The translations under genes were made by a program, and so were the position numbers. DNA of 64,000 nucleotides from Myxococcales bacterium (GTDB taxonomy: Bacteria; Myxococcota_A; UBA9042; JABWCM01; BTVJ01): NCBI GenBank assembly GCA_045863395.1, contig BTVJ01000001.1, positions 192,001 through 256,000 of the forward strand, read 5' to 3'. Positions 21,609 to 32,053 of the stretch are shown here, piece after piece. Under the pieces are notes generated by a model. The model made no database searches. It was not told the DNA's origin and worked only from the letters and a program-made list of their open reading frames with translations. Numbering within the stretch: position 1 is the first letter of the stretch; each line of letters opens with the position of its first letter.

Positions 21609-21653
21609 CGCGCTCCACTTCGAGGGGGGCCTTCCATGTGCTCGTGAGCCCAG

Positions 21654-22213
21654 TCAGCCCGCGGATTCGGCAATCTCCCATTGGGCTCCGAGTCCGAGCA
21701 GCGCAGCCCACTCATCGACAACGCGAAGGTCGAGGTCATCGATCAGATCGAGGACACCACGAATATCTCGAATGTGCTTGTCCGATCCTCCCTCCCGGTA
21801 GTATTCGAGCCTTCGGAGTATCACGTACTCAGGGGGGCGAGGGCGATACGGCCGCCCGGGAGATCGACTGACCGGCGGTGCTGCATGGCCCAGGCGTGGA
21901 GGGGTTCGTTGGCCTTCAGATAGATATCGGCCTTGAAGCCCGTCTCATGGTGGATGAGCTTGAAGTGTCCCCGCTGCGCGCGCCCGGCTTCCATGCGGAT
22001 GACTTCCGGTGGGGGGTAGTAGAACCGGTCCAACGGGAAGGCGGCCTCGATCAGTACGGCATCACGGGGACTCAGGGCGAGCACGATGTCGATGTCGTGG
22101 GTCATCCGCGGCTCGCCATAGACCGCGCAGGCGACCGAGCCCGTGATCAGGTAGTCGAGCCCCGACACCTCCAGCGGAGCCGTGAAGATGTGGACCAGCT
22201 CAGGATCGTGCAT
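21654..22213 (-). pseudogene. Nucleotidyltransferase-family (TA toxin-like) gene with a frameshift at a C6 tract
   Basis: YLITGSVACAVYGEPRMTHDIDIVL motif. The frame breaks at G21832-21837. Adding one base restores ...ALAPPEYVILRRLEYYREGGSDKHIRDIRGVL... to a stop at 21654 (186 aa). Confidence 0.8.
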
Positions 22214-22385
22214 GGAGGAACACCTCGCGCACCTTCTGCTCGATGCGACTCTCCGGCCACTCCGGGTGCAGGACGCGAAGCCCCGCCGCCTTCAATGCCC
22301 GGGCGTCGAACCACGCGCGCTCGGCCAGGGCCAGCTTCTCAGCGGGGGTCATTCGTCGAAACGCCTTGATCTGTTCGGGATGCAT
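22200..22385 (-). CDS. Small helical partner (antitoxin-like) of the nucleotidyltransferase
   Basis: MHPEQIKAFRRMTPAEKLALA...AGLRVLHPEWPESRI. Overlaps the NTase start, a TA-like layout. Confidence 0.75.
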   Translation of the reverse strand: MHPEQIKAFRRMTPAEKLALAERAWFDARALKAAGLRVLHPEWPESRIEQKVREVFLHARS

Positions 22386-22646
22386 CGTGCTCCGCTCCAC
22401 AAGCGCTCAGTCCCACGTCAACGGAACGCTCCTGGTGACGGGGTGGCAACGGAGGGACAGGTCTCCCGAGTTCACGTGCCCGCCGGCGAGCCGGGGGGTG
22501 GACCTTCGAGCAACCTCGCCCTCGTCTCGGCGCTCAGCGAGCTCGGCGGGCAGCTCCTGCGGGCTCCGTTTGCGCGGGCATCCACGGAGCCTCCGGGCCA
22601 TGCGCTTCCCCGCCCGCGGTCCGTCGTGTAGGCTCGACCCTGGACG

Positions 22647-25600
22647 ATGAGCACGCAGATCCGCCTGGGACCCTTCGAGCTGCACTCCCCCATTGGCCGT
22701 GGGGGCATGGCGGAGGTGTGGGCTGGCGTCCACGTGGAGCAGGCCGTGCCCGTGGCGGTGAAGGTCGTCACGGTGGCGCAGGCCCGGGAGCGCAAGTACC
22801 GCGACGCCTTCCGCAACGAGGTGCAGGCGGTGGCGGCGCTGGATCACCCGGGCATCGTGCTGGTGCTCGACTATGGGACCGTCACGGTCGAGGCGGAGCA
22901 GCGGTCGCAGGGGCGTCTGGTCTCTGGCTGCCCCTTCCTGGTCATGGAGCTGGCGAGCCGGGGGGCGCTCGACCGCTGGATCGAGACGCCGCTGCCGTGG
23001 GCGGCCATCCGGGCCATCCTTCTCTCGCTGCTCGACGCCCTGGCCCACGCCCACGCCCACGGGGTGGTCCACCGGGACATCAAACCTGCCAATGTGCTGC
23101 TCTCTGGGGCGGAGTCCGCCCGCCCTGGATTGAAATTGACGGACTTCGGGATTGCGCACGCCCATGAGCGCAGAAGCTCGTCAGGTCTCACACAGGCTCT
23201 GTCTGGAACGCCCGCGTACATGGCACCAGAGCAGATCCACGCGCGGTTCCGGGACTTCGGGCCGTGGACGGATCTCTACGCCGTGGGGTGCCTCGCCTTC
23301 GAGCTGCTGACCGGGCAGCCGCCGTTCTCCGGGGCGACGCTGCTGGCCACGGCCCTCGCGCACCTGACGACGCCGGTGCCGCCACTCGTGCCGCGCGTCC
23401 CCGTGCCGGCCGGCATCGACGGGTGGGTGGCGCGCCTGCTCGAGAAGAACGCCGGGGATCGCTTCCTGCGGTGCGCCGACGCCGCCTGGGCGCTGCTGGG
23501 GCTGGACCCGACGCCGGCGACCAGCGACCTGGCGGAGGCCCTCGTCGGCCCGCGGGTGTCCCTGGACGCCCAGCTCCCGACGCTGCTCGGGACCGCGGGC
23601 ACGGCGGACACGGGCCTCGGCGCGACCGCGGTCACCATGACGCTCGGGACCGGGGCGGACGCGACCATCGTCGATGAGGCGCCCGTGGCGATGGGGGTGG
23701 AGGTGGGGACGGCCTCGGCCCTCTGCCCCCGCGTGCTGCCTCCCATGGCGGAGACCTGGCGACGCCCGACGGGGGAGGGCGCGTCCATGCAGCTCGTGGG
23801 GGCGGGGCTCGGGTTGTACGGGCTGCGCACCATCCCGCTCGTGGACCGGGATCGCGAGCGGGACGCCCTCTGGTCGGCCCTGGGGGAGGTGCGGAGGTCG
23901 GGGACGGCGCGGGCGGTGATCATCGGCGGCGCCGCAGGGGTGGGCAAGAGCCGGCTCGTGGGGTGGATCTGCGAGCGCGCGCACGAGCTGGGCGCGGCGA
24001 CCGTGCTCAAGGCCAGCCACGGCCTGGAGACCGCGGGCGAGCTGGGGCTCGCGGGCATGGTGGCGCGGCACCTGCGCTGCCACGGCCTCGACCGCGAGGA
24101 GGCGACGGCGCGGGTGCGGGAGCTGCTGATCGGGCAGGGCGTGGCCGACGAGTACGAGTGGCTGGCGCTGACGGAGCTCATGGCGCCGGTCTTGGGGGAG
24201 GGCGAAGGGGGCCAGAAGATCCGGTTCTCGCGGCCGGTGGAGCGGTGGGTGCTCGTCGCGCGCCTCATGGAGCGGCTCGGGCGTGATCGTCCCGTGATCG
24301 TGTGGCTCGACGACGTCCAGTGGAGCACCGACTCCCTCGGGTTCGCCACCTTCCTGCTCGGGTCGCAGGCGACCCAGCCGCTCCCGGCGCTGGTGGTGAT
24401 GACCGCCCGCGAGGAGACCGTGGCGGAGGGCGAGGCGGCGGGGCTCCTGGAGGGGCTCGGCCGGCGGAGCGGCGTGGTGAGGCTGACCGTCCCGCCGCTG
24501 CCCGAGGAGCACCACGCCGAGCTGGTGCGGGGGCTGCTGGGCCTCGATGGTGCCCTGGCCACGGACGTGGAGCAGCGGACCGGCGGCAACCCGCTGTTCG
24601 CGGTGCAGCTCATCGGGGACTGGGTGCAGCGCGGTGTCCTGCGGGTGGGCCCGCGGGGCTTTGCGCTGGCGCCCGGCGAGAAGGCCGTGCTGCCCGACGA
24701 CATCCATGGAGTGTGGCGGGCGCGCCTGGATCGGGCGCTGCGGGGACACCCGGCCGATGCGGAGCGGGCCATCGAGCTGGCGGCCGTGCTCGGGCGGCAC
24801 GTGCGGGCCCTGGAGTGGCGGGACGCCTGCCGGGAGGCGGGCCTGCACCCGCAGGACCGGCTGCTCGACGCCCTGGTGGAGAGCCGGCTCATCGAGCGGG
24901 AGGAGGACGGCTGGAGCTTCGCCCACGCCATGCTGCGCGAGAGCCTGGAGCGGTCGGCGCGGGATGCGGGGCGCTGGGCCGGGCTGCACGCCGCCTGCGC
25001 CCGGATGCTCGCGCGGCGCTACCCCCGGGGGACCCGCGGCGTCGCGGAGCGGCTGGGGCGCCACCTGGTGGAGGCGGGGGAGTACGAGGCCGCGCTGGAG
25101 CCGCTGCTCGACGGGACGCGGGAGCACCGGGCCGCCGGCGACTACCGGGCGGCGCTGGGGCTGCTCGACCTGCGGGACCGGGCGATGGAGGCGACCGGTG
25201 CGTCGCCCGGGGATCGGCGCCACGCGGACGCCCTGGCGGTGCGCTCGACGGTCTTCCACGACCGGGGCCTCATCGACGACGCGGCCCGCTGCGCGGAGGA
25301 GGCCATCCGGCGCGCCGAGCTGTACGGGTGGGTGGGGGTGAAGTCGTGGGCCATCCGGACCCTGGCCAACGTGGCCTCGGTGCGAGGCCAGCTCGACCAG
25401 GCGCGCGCCCGCTATGCGGAGGCCCAGGACCTGGCCATCGCGGAGGGTGACGCCCGCGGCGAGGCGTGGTGCCTGATGGGCCTGGCCAACGTGTCCCAGC
25501 GGACCGGCGACCACGAGCGCGCGGAGGAGCTCTACAGCGAGGCCCTGCGCGTCTTCGAGGACCTGTCGGACGCGACGGGCATGGCCAAGTGCCTCTGCGG

Positions 25601-26216
25601 CATGAGCCTGCTGGCGCGACAGGGAGACGAGCTGGATCTGAGCGACCGCCTCACCCAGCGGGCGCGGGAGCTGTTCGAGCGGGTCGGCAACCAGTCGGGG
25701 GTCGCCGAGTGCTGGAACGGGCTGGCCGAGGCGTCCCGGTTCCGCGGCGATCTTGCGGCGGCCACGGACGGCTACCGCCGGGCGCTGCGCCTCATGGAGG
25801 CCATCGGATCGGGGACGGACGTCTTCGTGCGCATCAACCTGGGCCTGGTGCTGCTGCTGCGGGAGCAGTGGGCGGAGGCCGCCGTCTCGCTGGAGGCCGC
25901 GCGGGTGGCGCTGGAGGCGCAGGGCCTGCTGGGGTTGTTGGGGTGTGTCCACGCGGAGCTGCTGCCGAGCGCGGCCGCCGCCCGGGACTGGGGGGCGTGG
26001 GACCGACACCTGGCGCGGGCCCGGGAGCTCTTGGAGCGGGCACCCATGATCGACCCGGACATCGCGTGGCCTGCACAGCTCGCCGGGGACATGGCCCATG
26101 CGGCGGGCGAGCGGGGCCGGGCGCGTGCCGCGTGGGAGCTGGCGCTCTCCCAGTGGCGGGCGCTGGGCAACGAGGCGCGGGCGGTCGAGGTGGAGGCGGC
26201 GCTTGGCGCGGGGTAA
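22647..26216 (+). CDS. Ser/Thr kinase fused to an AAA/STAND-type ATPase and TPR repeats
   Basis: IGRGGMAEVW, HRDIKPAN, DFG, GTPAYMAPE; Walker A GAAGVGKS; Walker B VIVWLDD; TGGNPLF; C-terminal TPRs. Confidence 0.92.
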   Translation: MSTQIRLGPFELHSPIGRGGMAEVWAGVHVEQAVPVAVKVVTVAQARERKYRDAFRNEVQAVAALDHPGIVLVLDYGTVTVEAEQRSQGRLVSGCPFLVMELASRGALDRWIETPLPWAAIRAILLSLLDALAHAHAHGVVHRDIKPANVLLSGAESARPGLKLTDFGIAHAHERRSSSGLTQALSGTPAYMAPEQIHARFRDFGPWTDLYAVGCLAFELLTGQPPFSGATLLATALAHLTTPVPPLVPRVPVPAGIDGWVARLLEKNAGDRFLRCADAAWALLGLDPTPATSDLAEALVGPRVSLDAQLPTLLGTAGTADTGLGATAVTMTLGTGADATIVDEAPVAMGVEVGTASALCPRVLPPMAETWRRPTGEGASMQLVGAGLGLYGLRTIPLVDRDRERDALWSALGEVRRSGTARAVIIGGAAGVGKSRLVGWICERAHELGAATVLKASHGLETAGELGLAGMVARHLRCHGLDREEATARVRELLIGQGVADEYEWLALTELMAPVLGEGEGGQKIRFSRPVERWVLVARLMERLGRDRPVIVWLDDVQWSTDSLGFATFLLGSQATQPLPALVVMTAREETVAEGEAAGLLEGLGRRSGVVRLTVPPLPEEHHAELVRGLLGLDGALATDVEQRTGGNPLFAVQLIGDWVQRGVLRVGPRGFALAPGEKAVLPDDIHGVWRARLDRALRGHPADAERAIELAAVLGRHVRALEWRDACREAGLHPQDRLLDALVESRLIEREEDGWSFAHAMLRESLERSARDAGRWAGLHAACARMLARRYPRGTRGVAERLGRHLVEAGEYEAALEPLLDGTREHRAAGDYRAALGLLDLRDRAMEATGASPGDRRHADALAVRSTVFHDRGLIDDAARCAEEAIRRAELYGWVGVKSWAIRTLANVASVRGQLDQARARYAEAQDLAIAEGDARGEAWCLMGLANVSQRTGDHERAEELYSEALRVFEDLSDATGMAKCLCGMSLLARQGDELDLSDRLTQRARELFERVGNQSGVAECWNGLAEASRFRGDLAAATDGYRRALRLMEAIGSGTDVFVRINLGLVLLLREQWAEAAVSLEAARVALEAQGLLGLLGCVHAELLPSAAAARDWGAWDRHLARARELLERAPMIDPDIAWPAQLAGDMAHAAGERGRARAAWELALSQWRALGNEARAVEVEAALGAG

Positions 26217-26389
26217 TGGACTCCGCGGACCAGGTGGCTTCGCAGTGACCGTACCGACAATGTGGGGAGCGGTAGGGGCTTCCGCGCGACCGCGGTCATG
26301 CTTGTTGGCCCTGCTCCTCGCCGCCTTCGGACCGGGAGGCGCGGGAGAAACGCCAGCCCCGCCGGAGGACGACGTGTGGTGAGCACGGG

Positions 26390-26497
26390 ATGGTCGTCGT
26401 TCGAGGGAACCTCGATGTCCTGCCAGTTCCGATGTCGCTCTTCGAGCCGTCGGGTACGGGCTGCACCCCCGACTTCGGCCACTTCCCTAGTCGATGA
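26390..26497 (+). pseudogene. Possible short gene remnant
   Basis: Protein-like MVVVRGNLDVLPVPMSLFEPSGTGCTPDFGHF in a lower-GC intergenic gap; the frame ends immediately. Confidence 0.25.
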
Positions 26498-26660
26498 TGC
26501 TGATGTCCACCGACCGGGTTCTCGAGACCTACGAGGTGAGTCGGGTGAGCTGTCCGTCTCCGATCACGTCCCTCGGGCTCGTGCGGTCGCAGTACGGGGT
26601 CGCGTGGACAGGTAGCCCGGAGCGTCCAGATGGACCCGATCATGTCCCTGCTCGGGCAGG

Positions 26661-28910
26661 CTACTGCTTCTGGCAAGGCATGAGCCCCTGGGCGTCGGTG
26701 CGGATGAGCCAGCCGTTGTAGCCGCCGCCCTCCACGCCGTAGCGGGCGCCGGCCAGCGCGAGCGTGCCGTCTGGCAGCTCCAGGGCGGTGTGCAGGTCCG
26801 AGGCGGCGGGCCACGCGCGGGACCAGGCCATCCCGCCGTCGGGGTGGAGCCGAAGGCCGCGGGCGTCGTCGAAGGAGCCGCGGCCCACAGCGAGGACTCC
26901 GCCGTCATCGAGCGCCACGACCGCGCGCGCCTCGCCGGTGCCGTAGCGGCCTGACCAGACGGGCTCGCCGCTGCACGTCACGCGAAGCACCCACATCTCG
27001 GAGCCCTGGCGCCCGGCGAGCACCGCGCCCCCGTCCGGCAGGGCAGCCACTCCGCCCACCGACTGGGCCTCGCCTTCGGTGGGATAGGCGTGCTGCCACA
27101 GCGGCTCGCCGGCGGCATCGGTCCGCGCGAGCCAGGGGCGCGCCGAGCCCACGCCGACGTGGTTCCCCGCGACGAGGTATCCGCCCGGCACGGCCGTGAT
27201 CGCCACTGGATGCTGCACGCCGTCGCCCCCGAAGATCGACGACTGCCCGATCACCTGGCCCTCGGCAGAGACGCGCATCAGCCACGCGTCGCCCTGGGTC
27301 GAGCCCGCGGCGATGAGCCCGTCCTGCGTCTGGAGCAGCGCCCAGAACGACCCGCCGTCGCCCTTGGCCTCCGATGCGATCTGCCAGATCACCTCGCCGT
27401 CGGGGTTGGCGCGGACGATCCAGCCGAGCTGCGGCCCGCTCAACGTATCGGTCGACCCGGCGAACGCAAAGCCGCCGTCCTCGAAGCCGACGACCGCTCG
27501 CGCCGCGTCGAAGTCCTGCGGCTCCGTGCCAGCGTAGGTCTTCTGCCAGGCGGCGTTCCCGCCGTGGTCTACGCGGACCACCCAGGCGTCGGTATGCCCG
27601 CCGCCGAAGGACTCGGTCGTGCCGGCAAGGATGAATCCGCCTGGTATGCCGGCGATCCCATGGACGACGTCGTCCTTGGCGCCGCCCCAGGCGCGCTCGA
27701 AGAATGGAGGGACACCGCCCGTACACGCGCCGGCCTTGCACGCCTCGCCGGCAGTGCACGCCTTGCCGTCATCGCAGGACGTTCCGTCCTGAACCGGGAC
27801 GTGCTGGCAGACGCCCGACGCGAGGCAGAGGTCCAAGGTGCAGGAGCTCCCGTCACCGCAGTCGGCGTCGGTTGCGCACGCGCAGGTCGTCGCCGCTGCC
27901 GCGCACGCGCCCTCGATGCAGGACTCCTCGCTCGTGCAGGAGTCGCCGTCGTCGCACTCCTTCGGGCTGCCCACGCACGCTCCGCCCTGGCAGGCATCGC
28001 CGACCGTGCAGGGGTCGCCGTCGTCGCACGGGCCCGCGACCGACGTGTGCGTGCAGGTGCCGCCTGTGCAGGAGTCGGCAGTGCAGGCGTTCGCGTCGTC
28101 GCAGAGCGTGCCCTCGTCGGTGGTGCCATCGCAGTCGTCGTCGGCTCCGTTGCAGGCCTCGGCGGCGGGCACGGGGGCCGGGCAGGACGTGTCGCTCAGC
28201 GCGTGCTCGCAGACGACCGTTCCCGTGCAGGTGCCGTGGACGTTGCTGCGCGTGCAGGTCGTCGTCGTTTGTGCAGCGACGGCGAGCTCCGAACAGTAGA
28301 AGCACTGCCCCAATGTCGGATGGCACGCGCCGCCGGTGCAGTGGGTGGCGGCCGGGCAGTCCGCGCCCCCTGCGCAGGCGACCAGGCAGGTATGGCCAGC
28401 GGCGCCGAGGTCGGTGCACACGAGGCCGGGAGCCGCGCCTGCGGTCTGGCAGTCCGCCGCGGTCTCGCAGGGCAGGCACATGCCGGGGGGATCCTGGCCA
28501 CCGGTGCCCTCGTCGAGTTCGGGGGGGACGTCGTCCGGAGGCGTCCAGTCAGGGCAGGCCGCCGTGTTCCAGAGATCGGGCGCATCCGGGAAATCGGAGG
28601 CGTCCATCGCGTCGGGTCCTGCGGTGCCCGCGGTGCCTCCGGCGTCGAGTGCGGCTGTGTCGGACGGAGTCGCGTCGGCGGACGTACCATCGAGGGTCGC
28701 GTCGCCCTCTACGGTGGCATCCGGTCCGGTGGCGTCCGCCGTCGCGGCGCCGTCGATGGCCGCATCCGCGGTCGTGGCGTCCGTGAGCACCGGCGTGTCC
28801 TGGCTCACGGAGTCGGTCGTTCCGACCTCGGTCGATGGGCCGTCGCACCCGAGCAGTGCGAACACGAGGGCCCAAGCGGTGAACTGCGAAGATTCGATGA
28901 TGCGTGTCAC
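26661..28910 (-). CDS. Lipoprotein with a D/A/T-rich linker, Cys-rich repeats and a C-terminal beta-propeller
   Basis: AGGAGG RBS and GTG start; lipobox FALLGC; repeats CDDGDPCTVGDAC and EACNGADDDCDG; blades GGFILAGTT...DAWVVRVDHGGNAAWQKTY. Confidence 0.85.
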   Translation of the reverse strand: MTRIIESSQFTAWALVFALLGCDGPSTEVGTTDSVSQDTPVLTDATTADAAIDGAATADATGPDATVEGDATLDGTSADATPSDTAALDAGGTAGTAGPDAMDASDFPDAPDLWNTAACPDWTPPDDVPPELDEGTGGQDPPGMCLPCETAADCQTAGAAPGLVCTDLGAAGHTCLVACAGGADCPAATHCTGGACHPTLGQCFYCSELAVAAQTTTTCTRSNVHGTCTGTVVCEHALSDTSCPAPVPAAEACNGADDDCDGTTDEGTLCDDANACTADSCTGGTCTHTSVAGPCDDGDPCTVGDACQGGACVGSPKECDDGDSCTSEESCIEGACAAAATTCACATDADCGDGSSCTLDLCLASGVCQHVPVQDGTSCDDGKACTAGEACKAGACTGGVPPFFERAWGGAKDDVVHGIAGIPGGFILAGTTESFGGGHTDAWVVRVDHGGNAAWQKTYAGTEPQDFDAARAVVGFEDGGFAFAGSTDTLSGPQLGWIVRANPDGEVIWQIASEAKGDGGSFWALLQTQDGLIAAGSTQGDAWLMRVSAEGQVIGQSSIFGGDGVQHPVAITAVPGGYLVAGNHVGVGSARPWLARTDAAGEPLWQHAYPTEGEAQSVGGVAALPDGGAVLAGRQGSEMWVLRVTCSGEPVWSGRYGTGEARAVVALDDGGVLAVGRGSFDDARGLRLHPDGGMAWSRAWPAASDLHTALELPDGTLALAGARYGVEGGGYNGWLIRTDAQGLMPCQKQ

Positions 28911-29037
28911 GGCGTTTGCCTCCTGACCATCACAGTAGGTCCCCGAACCTGGCACGTCCAATGATGGATCTTCATGACGTTCCATCAGATTGAGTGATGG
29001 GCTGGGCGGTCCGTGACAGCGGAGGGACGCGCCTGGG

Positions 29038-29507
29038 CACTGGCAACTAGAATTGCCCGCCAGTGACAACTACTGCTGGCCGTACGTGGGAGGCGTAGTT
29101 GTATGGTGCCCTACCTCAAGGAGGAGGGCGCGATGAAGACCGACGCTCAAGTGAAGAGGCTGATGATGGAGATGGAGAAGAGGCCGAGCCTGACCCGCGC
29201 CGCCGAGGCGGCGGACATGGCCCGGACGACGGCCAGGCGCTATCGCGACCTGGGGAAGCTTCCGTCGGAGTTGAAGGAGCCGCGGTCGTGGCGGACGCGC
29301 GCGGACCCCTTCGAGGAGGCGTGGCCTGAGGTGGTGGCGATGCTGGAGCAAGCACCTGAGCTCCAGGCGCCGTCGATCTTCGAGTACCTCAGCGAGTGCG
29401 CGGTGGATCTTGGGGCTGAGCCCTTTCAGGAGGGGCAGTTGCGAACGCTGTACCGGCGGATCAAGCAGTGGCGGGAACAGTACAGTGATGCGCCTGTTTG
29501 CCCCTGA
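29038..29507 (+). mobile_element. istA: IS21-family remnant: subterminal repeats plus truncated istA (29133-29507)
   Basis: HTH AAEAADMARTTARRY, RSWRTRADPFEEAW, PELQAPSIFEYL, GQLRTLYRRIKQWR, then a stop with no DDE core and no istB. Upstream direct repeats CACTGGCAACTA (29038) and CAGTGACAACTA (29061). Confidence 0.85.
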
Positions 29508-29657
29508 CCACGCCCAGAGGCGCCGATGCCCGCTGACCCCGGTGCATGATCTCGCGACGCAGGCCCACGGGCCCACCAACCCACCGATGCGCCCGGCCCT
29601 TGCGGTGCGGGCGCTCCCGGTGGATTGGGGGACATGCGTCAAGGTGCGAGCCCGGCG

Positions 29658-31757
29658 TCAATCCAGGTCGCGCACGACCTTGCCGGCGGCGCGTGACTCG
29701 TCGACTCCGGCTCGGACCAGGTGGCGCTGGCAGAGGAGGCGCGGGCACTCGGCGCTCGCCCGGTAGGCTGCGCGGAGGACCGCGTTCTTGATTCGGCCGC
29801 CCGCCAGCTCGAAGCGCTCGCCCAGCTCCTCGAAGTCCACGTCGTCGCCGAGGGGGACCTGGCGGGGGACCAGGGTGCGCCAGATGCGGGCGCGCAGGTC
29901 GGCGTCCGGCTCCGGGAAGTGGATGCGGAAGAGGATGCGGCGCATCACCGCGTCATCGAGGGCGCTCATGAGATTCGTCGTCAAGAGCACGATGCCCTCG
30001 TAGCGCTCGATCTCCTGCAAGAGCAGGTTGATCTCCTGATTGGCGTAGCGGTCCGTCGCGCGCTCGATCTTCTCCACCCGCTTGCCGAACAGGGCGTCCG
30101 CCTCGTCGAAGAGCAGGATGGAGCGGCCGGCCCGTGCGCGGCGGAAGACCTCCTGGAGGTTGCGCTCCGTCTCGCCCACCCACTTGGACACGACGGATGG
30201 GATGTTGACGCGGCTCACGGGGCGCCCGAGCTCGGTGCCCAGGATCTCGCCGCACAGGGTCTTGCCGGTGCCGGGGGGCCCATCGAAGATGGAGATCACC
30301 CCCTTGCCTGTCGGCAGCCGGTCGCCGAAGCCCCAGGCATTGATCACGAACTCGTGGTTGCGGCAGGCGTTGAGGAGGTCGTGGACCTGGCCCTCCACGT
30401 CTGGCGGCAGCACCAGGTCCGCGAGCCCCAGGCGCGACTCGCTTGTCACCGCCAGGTCGTCGAGGCGGTTGCGGAGCTGGATGTCCGCCGCCTCGCGCAG
30501 CAGCGCCCCGTCGAGCGTGGGCTCCGACGGGTCTCGCGCCACCGCCTTGTTGAGGGCCAGCATCACCGTGTTCTTGATCATGCCGCCGGTGAAGTCGTAG
30601 GCCGCGGCCAGCTCGGCGAGGCTCGTGCCCTCGGTGATGGGCATCTCGGGCGGCAGGAGCGACTCATAGATGCGCTCGCGGGCGAGGCGGTCCGGCCGGG
30701 GAAAGTCCACCCGCAGGAGGACGCGCCGCTCCAGGGCCAGGTCCAGGTTCTCCGTGCGGTTGGTCGCGAGGATGGCGACCCCATCGAAGCGGTCGAGGAA
30801 CGCGAGGAGCGCCGCAAGGGCGGGACCACCTTCTGCAAACAGCGGGGCGCAGTCGTCGAAGAGCAGCACAGCGTCGCGGAGGCGCGCCTCGACGGCCAGC
30901 TCGTCGAGCACGTCCTCGGCGGCGGCCTGCGAGCGCATCATCTTGCTGACGAACACCCGCAGGAGCCGCGAGCCCATGCGGGTCGCCAGCGCCCGCGACA
31001 GCATGGACTTGCCGGTGCCCGGGGCGCCGACGAAGAGCAGCACGGCGCCGCGCCCGATGGGGAGCGCCTCGTCGTAGCCCCACCGGGCGAGGCGTTCGCG
31101 AAGAGAGGCGTGGGGCTCCAGGACGTCGAGGACCCGGCGCAGCAGCTCGTCGGGGAGGACGACGGAGTCGAAGGGGACCGAGGCTTCTTCCACCGCGCAC
31201 CACGGGGCGATCAGGTGGTGGAGTCCGGTCTCGCCCACCGCGAAGTGGACGATGCGCGGGTGCAGCGACACGGCCGACTGGAGGGCCGTTGCGCCTGCGG
31301 GGAGGTCCTGCACCACGAGGATGCGGTTTCGGACCAGCGCCCCTTGCGGGCCGATGGCGCGGCGGAGCGCGAGGGTCTCGTCCCAGGTGCGCGCGAACAG
31401 GCGCAGCAGCACCGCGGCGTCCAGGTGCTCCGACCACATTCCGCCGCGGAGCTGGCGAAGGAGCCCGGGCAGCTCCGGGTCCAGGTGGGGGGCGAGCGTC
31501 GTGGCCGTGACGTCCAGCTCCAGGGATGACAGCGAGAAGCGGCCGGCGAGCTGGAGCAGGGGCGGGCGCTCCTCGATGGGGCGCTTGCTCCACCGGCGGC
31601 GCGCGGCCTCCACCTCGCGGCTCAGGTCGCCCAGCAGGGCCGCGGCGCTCGCGCCGTCCGGGGCGAGCCGCGCCCGGATCAGGGCGCCCACCCGCTCGAC
31701 CTCCTGGTGGAGGTGGATGTCGTGGTCCGCGCCCGCGTTGCCACTCGTGTCGGCCAT
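29658..31757 (-). CDS. Double AAA+ ATPase resembling the eCIS-associated (Afp15/Pvc15-like) ATPases
   Basis: N-terminal RFSLSSLELDV..TLAPHLDP; GAPGTGKS/LLFDD; GPPGTGKT, VVSKWVGETERNL, LLFDEADALFGKR...DRYANQEINLLLQ, LAGGRIKN. Confidence 0.88.
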   Translation of the reverse strand: MADTSGNAGADHDIHLHQEVERVGALIRARLAPDGASAAALLGDLSREVEAARRRWSKRPIEERPPLLQLAGRFSLSSLELDVTATTLAPHLDPELPGLLRQLRGGMWSEHLDAAVLLRLFARTWDETLALRRAIGPQGALVRNRILVVQDLPAGATALQSAVSLHPRIVHFAVGETGLHHLIAPWCAVEEASVPFDSVVLPDELLRRVLDVLEPHASLRERLARWGYDEALPIGRGAVLLFVGAPGTGKSMLSRALATRMGSRLLRVFVSKMMRSQAAAEDVLDELAVEARLRDAVLLFDDCAPLFAEGGPALAALLAFLDRFDGVAILATNRTENLDLALERRVLLRVDFPRPDRLARERIYESLLPPEMPITEGTSLAELAAAYDFTGGMIKNTVMLALNKAVARDPSEPTLDGALLREAADIQLRNRLDDLAVTSESRLGLADLVLPPDVEGQVHDLLNACRNHEFVINAWGFGDRLPTGKGVISIFDGPPGTGKTLCGEILGTELGRPVSRVNIPSVVSKWVGETERNLQEVFRRARAGRSILLFDEADALFGKRVEKIERATDRYANQEINLLLQEIERYEGIVLLTTNLMSALDDAVMRRILFRIHFPEPDADLRARIWRTLVPRQVPLGDDVDFEELGERFELAGGRIKNAVLRAAYRASAECPRLLCQRHLVRAGVDESRAAGKVVRDLD

Positions 31758-31773
31758 CGGTATCCTCTCGCCC

Positions 31774-32037
31774 ATGGGACGCATCCTCTACCCGCTCGCT
31801 GGCGCCATCCTCGGCTACGTGCTCACGGTGCTCGTCGTCTTCTTCGCCTTCAAGTGGATCATTGGCGGCAAGGGCCTGGAGCTGCTAGGCGTGGCGTTGA
31901 TGACCTACCTCGCCATCGGGCCCGCGGGCGCCATGGGCGGCCTCATCCTGGGCTACCGTCTGTGGGCCCGGCGCCACACCGACGCCCTCATCCGGGACCT
32001 GGACGGGGATCGGGACGGGGATCGGGACGGGGACTGA
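31774..32037 (+). CDS. Small membrane protein (87 aa, two TM helices)
   Basis: Nearly all codons end in G/C; hydrophobic LAGAILGYVLTVLVVFFAF and LLGVALMTYLAIGPAGAMGGLILGY; acidic tail DGDRDGDRDGD from a 12-bp tandem repeat. Confidence 0.75.
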   Translation: MGRILYPLAGAILGYVLTVLVVFFAFKWIIGGKGLELLGVALMTYLAIGPAGAMGGLILGYRLWARRHTDALIRDLDGDRDGDRDGD

Positions 32038-32053
32038 GCGCGGGCATCGACCG

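Noticed and set aside
28950..28966. TGGCACG as a sigma-54 promoter
   Set aside because: The -12 position reads GA rather than GC.
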